In this document: in pieces, positions 59,946 through 64,000 of the stretch
Layout of the letters: each line of letters begins with the position of its first letter
Position numbering within the stretch: the first letter of the stretch is position 1
From: Mustelus asterias
Lineage: Eukaryota
NCBI RefSeq assembly: GCF_964213995.1
Contig: NC_135805.1
Location: 144,336,001-144,400,000 of the forward strand
Direction: 5' to 3'
DNA: 64,000 bases
Notes under the pieces: model-generated
Database searches by the model: none
Told to the model about the DNA's origin: nothing
What the model saw: only the letters and a program-made list of their open reading frames with translations
Made by a program: the position numbers and the translations under genes

Positions 59946-60644
59946 ATAAAGACCCACACTCACATGTCAATTATTGACAACTTTCTAAATCTGAAACTGA
60001 TGCAAAAAGCATGAGGAAAAGAAACATACTCACACTCCTGTAAATTCACACAACAATTTCGAGTTTCCACTCACTCACAAAGCAAAAATCAACACATGGA
60101 GCTTAATGAGAATCAAATACCTGACCTAGGGAGCCAGATCACTTTTCCTTCCGAGAAAACAGGGACAGAATAGAAATGCATAAATGAATCCCAGTGACTG
60201 AAAGCTAATGTCCTTTTTCCATTGCAGGAGCAGTAGAAGATAAAAGCATTGTGAAGTGCTATATGGAGGACAATATGGAGGAAATGAGAATGCATTTGCT
60301 TCTTGGCGAAGGCTATCTGCACCAACTCCAAGTGCAGCATCAGGCCCATTGCTTTTCATTTTCTGTTCACAGACACCAAGGTCTAGTTTATTGTGGATTG
60401 TTGCCATCTGCTGGTTGAACATGAGCCATAGAAGGTAAATATTCATTCAAAAACATTTTAACTTGGAGTGAGGGAGCAGGAAACGCATACCGTTAGATTC
60501 AGCTGTTTGCAAATTATTATATTCTTCATACGTAAAGTTATAAGTATCAAGGATATGCAGAATTTCTATAAATACAGAGCATGTAGCATAGTTTGAAGTA
60601 CAATGAGCAGATAGCTGTGAGAAGAGCTGCCTTCCAAGCCATTG

Positions 60645-61390
60645 AGCATAGAATCCCGACAGTACAGAAAGAGGATATTTGACCCATCGTGACTGCACCA
60701 ACCACAATTCCACCCAGTCTCTATCCCCGTTATCACACTTATTTACCCTGCTAGTTCCCTGACATTAAGGGGCAATTTATCATGGCCAAATTAACCTAAC
60801 CTGCAAATCTTTGGAGACACACGACAACACAGAGTCGCTGAGCAAAGACTGATAGCAAAGCTCCGTACACATGAGGATGGCCTCAACCGTGATCTTGGGT
60901 TCATGTCACACTATCTGTAACCCCCACAAGCCCTTGCCTGGGCTTGCAAAATCTCAGTAACTGTCCTGGCTGGAGACAATACACATCTCTTTAACCTGTG
61001 CTTAACACTCTCGCCACTCACATTGTCTGTACCTTTAAGACTTGATTACCTGTAAAGACTCGCATTCCAACCATGATTTTGTGAATTGAGTTTGTGTCTT
61101 TATATGCTCTGTTTGTGAACAGAACTCCCACATATCTGACAAAGGAGCAGTGCTCCGAAAGCTAGTGGCTTTTGCCACCAAATAAACCTGTTGGACTTTA
61201 ACCTGGTGTTGTGAGACGTCTTACAATCTTTGGAGTGTCAGAGGAAACGAGAGCATCCGAAGGAAACCCATGCAGACACAGGGAGAAGGTGAAAATTCCA
61301 AACAGACAGTGATCCGAGGCCAGAATTGAACTTGGATCTCTAGTGCTGTGATACAGCAGTGCTAATCACTGTGCCACCATGCTGCCCATA
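60645..61390 (-). mobile_element. HE1-type SINE interrupted by a Penelope insertion
   Basis: Tail at 60645-60816, head at 61225-61390. Confidence 0.8.
60817..61224 (+). mobile_element. 5'-truncated Penelope 3' end (pLTR) with 11-bp target duplication and mutated hammerhead
   Basis: aatctttggag at 60806-60816 and 61225-61235; ctgacaa...gctccgaaagcta at 61136-61164. Confidence 0.9.
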
Positions 61391-64000
61391 ATTTGATTCC
61401 TGGCTTTTGCAGTATTCCCATATTTTCTACAATTTTAATGCATTTAATTAAATATTTCCAGCATTGAAGTAGATCACCGTTAAAATAAGAACTTTAAAGA
61501 AGTTTTATCACAGACGTGTTTTCAATGTAAAATTCTTGAATAGAAACTTTGTTGCAACAGAAGTGTAGGCCTCTAAATTAATAAATTATTTTAAAGTCAA
61601 TAATCATTAAAATAGTAGTTGGCTGAAACTTACACGAAAGATGCAAGCAAACCCGGGTAATGGATATTCCTGATGCCTTCTGAAGTCAGTAATTGAAGTA
61701 GATGCATAATAGTATCAATTTAAAAAGACAGAACTTGAATACCTGAAATGCCGAGATAATTCTGACACAATGTAGCGAAAGTGTCATTCATATATACACA
61801 GATACTACCAGATTATCAGGCCCAATGTAACAAAGAATATAATTATTCAGTCCCACACTGTTCCCACGGTCAGAGATTACTTTCCAATCCAAGAGTAAAA
61901 CAGAACAGCATTGGATTACTTTTTTACATTTCCCTCTAACCCAGGTGAGAGGAGACTTCAATTGCAGAATTTAAAAATGCCAGATTTAAAAATCTTTGTG
62001 ATATTGGTCAGAAATCAAATAGCTATTCTTAGCTGGAACGGACAAAGTATAACTTATCAACAGAAGCTGTATAAATTACCCAATAATTCAGCCAAGAGCA
62101 CATGTTGCATACAGTCTAACATTAAAAAATCCCAGCACATTATGGAAAACAGAAACAGAAATGACAATTCCTTTTCTACACACTGCAGGAATTACATGTG
62201 AGGCCATGGATCTGATTGATGTATCCACATTTTATTAGAGTATTCATATAGTTTCAAATGAACACCATTCCACAAATCAAATCTAGCTAGTGAGATTAAT
62301 TTATTACTATAACATACATCAAATCCATATTATAAATGATCACAAACAGATATCAATATGTTAAGATGATAAATGAATAAATTCCAAAACCATGCCTGAT
62401 ATAAAAATAAAGTTCAGATACAGAATATCCCACACTTGCATAAGACAAAAGAGATACAGATTGAAAACTACACTTATATTGATAAGTAGAGAATCATAGC
62501 TGCAAAATGAATCTGCCATTCACATTCTTGCCTCAGACAGACACAAGAACAATTCCATCCAACACATACAAGAGAAAAACTATGACAGAATGATTCCTAC
62601 ATATACACACCATACTCGAGGCCGACAGATTGAGGATGGAGCCCTTTGTTATAGAAATTGCCAAGACTGAAATCTGTATAATAAATCCCAAAGTCACAAA
62701 CACTCTCTGAAATGGAAGAATTGGGAAAATAATCTTGTCCATATAAAATCTGCATGAATACAGAATCTACCATACAAGCAAATACAATGTGGTCTGAAAA
62801 TTATGCAATGTATTAGGCACTGAATGACACAGATAGTGGCACACTCACACCCTATTTCACAATCCTTAAGAGCATTTGTCATACAAAAGGATTTCTACTC
62901 TCAAGAATCGAAAACAACATGCAGAGTACCACAGACTGACTGATATAGAAGGAAAATATTATTCTGACAGTGAATACCCACTTGCAGAACAATAAATTCT
63001 AAAACCCAGAATCTCATAAAAAGTTCTGAGAACCAGATTGCTCCAGTTAACAATACTCACATTTGAGACTATTCAGCAAAAGTTCATTAAATTGGTATCA
63101 GTCTTCATGTTGCCCTATGATGAGAGACTGAGTAAATTAGGTTTATATTCCCTGGAATTTCATGTCTTGAGAAACTGAAGGGTATGGAACAGTTTGGAAA
63201 ATCAGTTTGAAATCCAACATCATTCACATTGAGTGGCGAGGCAGGAGCGTTGGGCCACGTGCTCTAATCTTGTGCAATTTATTGTGTTCCTGTAAGTGGT
63301 GCATTGTACAGCTCACTTTAAAATGTGAGGAACAGGACAGGGGGTAAAAAGCAACATTTCAAATTCAGGTAAAGATAGTGAATAACAGTTATATCCACAT
63401 TCTGGAGACAGAGAGATATAGTTTGAAAACCCTAATGTTATTCAATAAAATGTTTACAGAATTATGACAGAATTATAATGAATACAGATAGATTTAAAAA
63501 ATACACACTCACATTATCGGAAGCAGACAGGTGCTGAGTAAAAATAAAAAAATATATATAGTGTAAAATGGTACAGAATAACATCAAAAATAATAGATAA
63601 GTTATGGACAGTTACAGAGTACATCAAAAGAGGACAGGTAGAGAGTAACGATTATTTCAGAATGTGACAGGTTCAGAGAGTCCCCACATAAACTTACCAG
63701 AATATAAAATGTACAGAAAATGACTTTCATCCATATCAGAAACTGCCATATACAAAGTAAAACGATAATTTACATAGTTGTAACTGAGTCAAATCTGGAT
63801 TCACACATTAGAAACTGATGTGCAAAGTGTAATTTTAAAATAACACATGAGACGCTGACAGGCTAATAATAATGCTATATTTACCAGCCTGGAAGTAACT
63901 GATATAAACTCTTATCTTCCACAACAGAAATTGACAATTGCAGATTGAAAGCCAACTAACATATCAGAAATTCACACCTCCCAAGCAAAACTACCATCGG

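Larger units (their letters stand above)
49260..64000 (+). repeat. Segmental duplication: AT-rich unit, copy 3 (inverted, runs off the window)
   Basis: Reverse complement of 13385-24830 with deletions and different TE insertions. Confidence 0.9.

Overview
Vertebrate genomic DNA, very probably a shark or ray (inferred from HE1-type tRNA-derived SINEs and shark-type CR1 and Penelope repeats), containing part of a replication-dependent histone gene cluster. Seven histone genes look intact (2x H4, 2x H3.2, 2x H2A, 1x H1), each with a 3' stem-loop. Five are damaged (2x H4, 1x H2A, 1x H2B, one H3 5' fragment), and there is no intact H2B. The window is built from a large duplicated module: H4>H3> <H2A (<H2B), followed by an unidentified, strand-asymmetric AT-rich unit headed by a GC-rich promoter with conserved splice donors. 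The module occurs twice in tandem (about 8.9-25 kb and 25.5-46.6 kb) and once inverted (46.6-64 kb). It is densely populated by CR1, L2/CR1-like, Tx1 and Rex1/Babar LINEs, SINEs, a solo LTR and Penelope-like elements. The most notable signals are a Penelope family with minimal hammerhead ribozymes and 11-bp target duplications that leaves mini fold-back insertions turning at the predicted ribozyme cleavage site, a nested inversion that can be reconstructed from a split Tx1 fragment, and the unexplained triplicated unit. All alignments were made by eye, so repeat boundaries are approximate.
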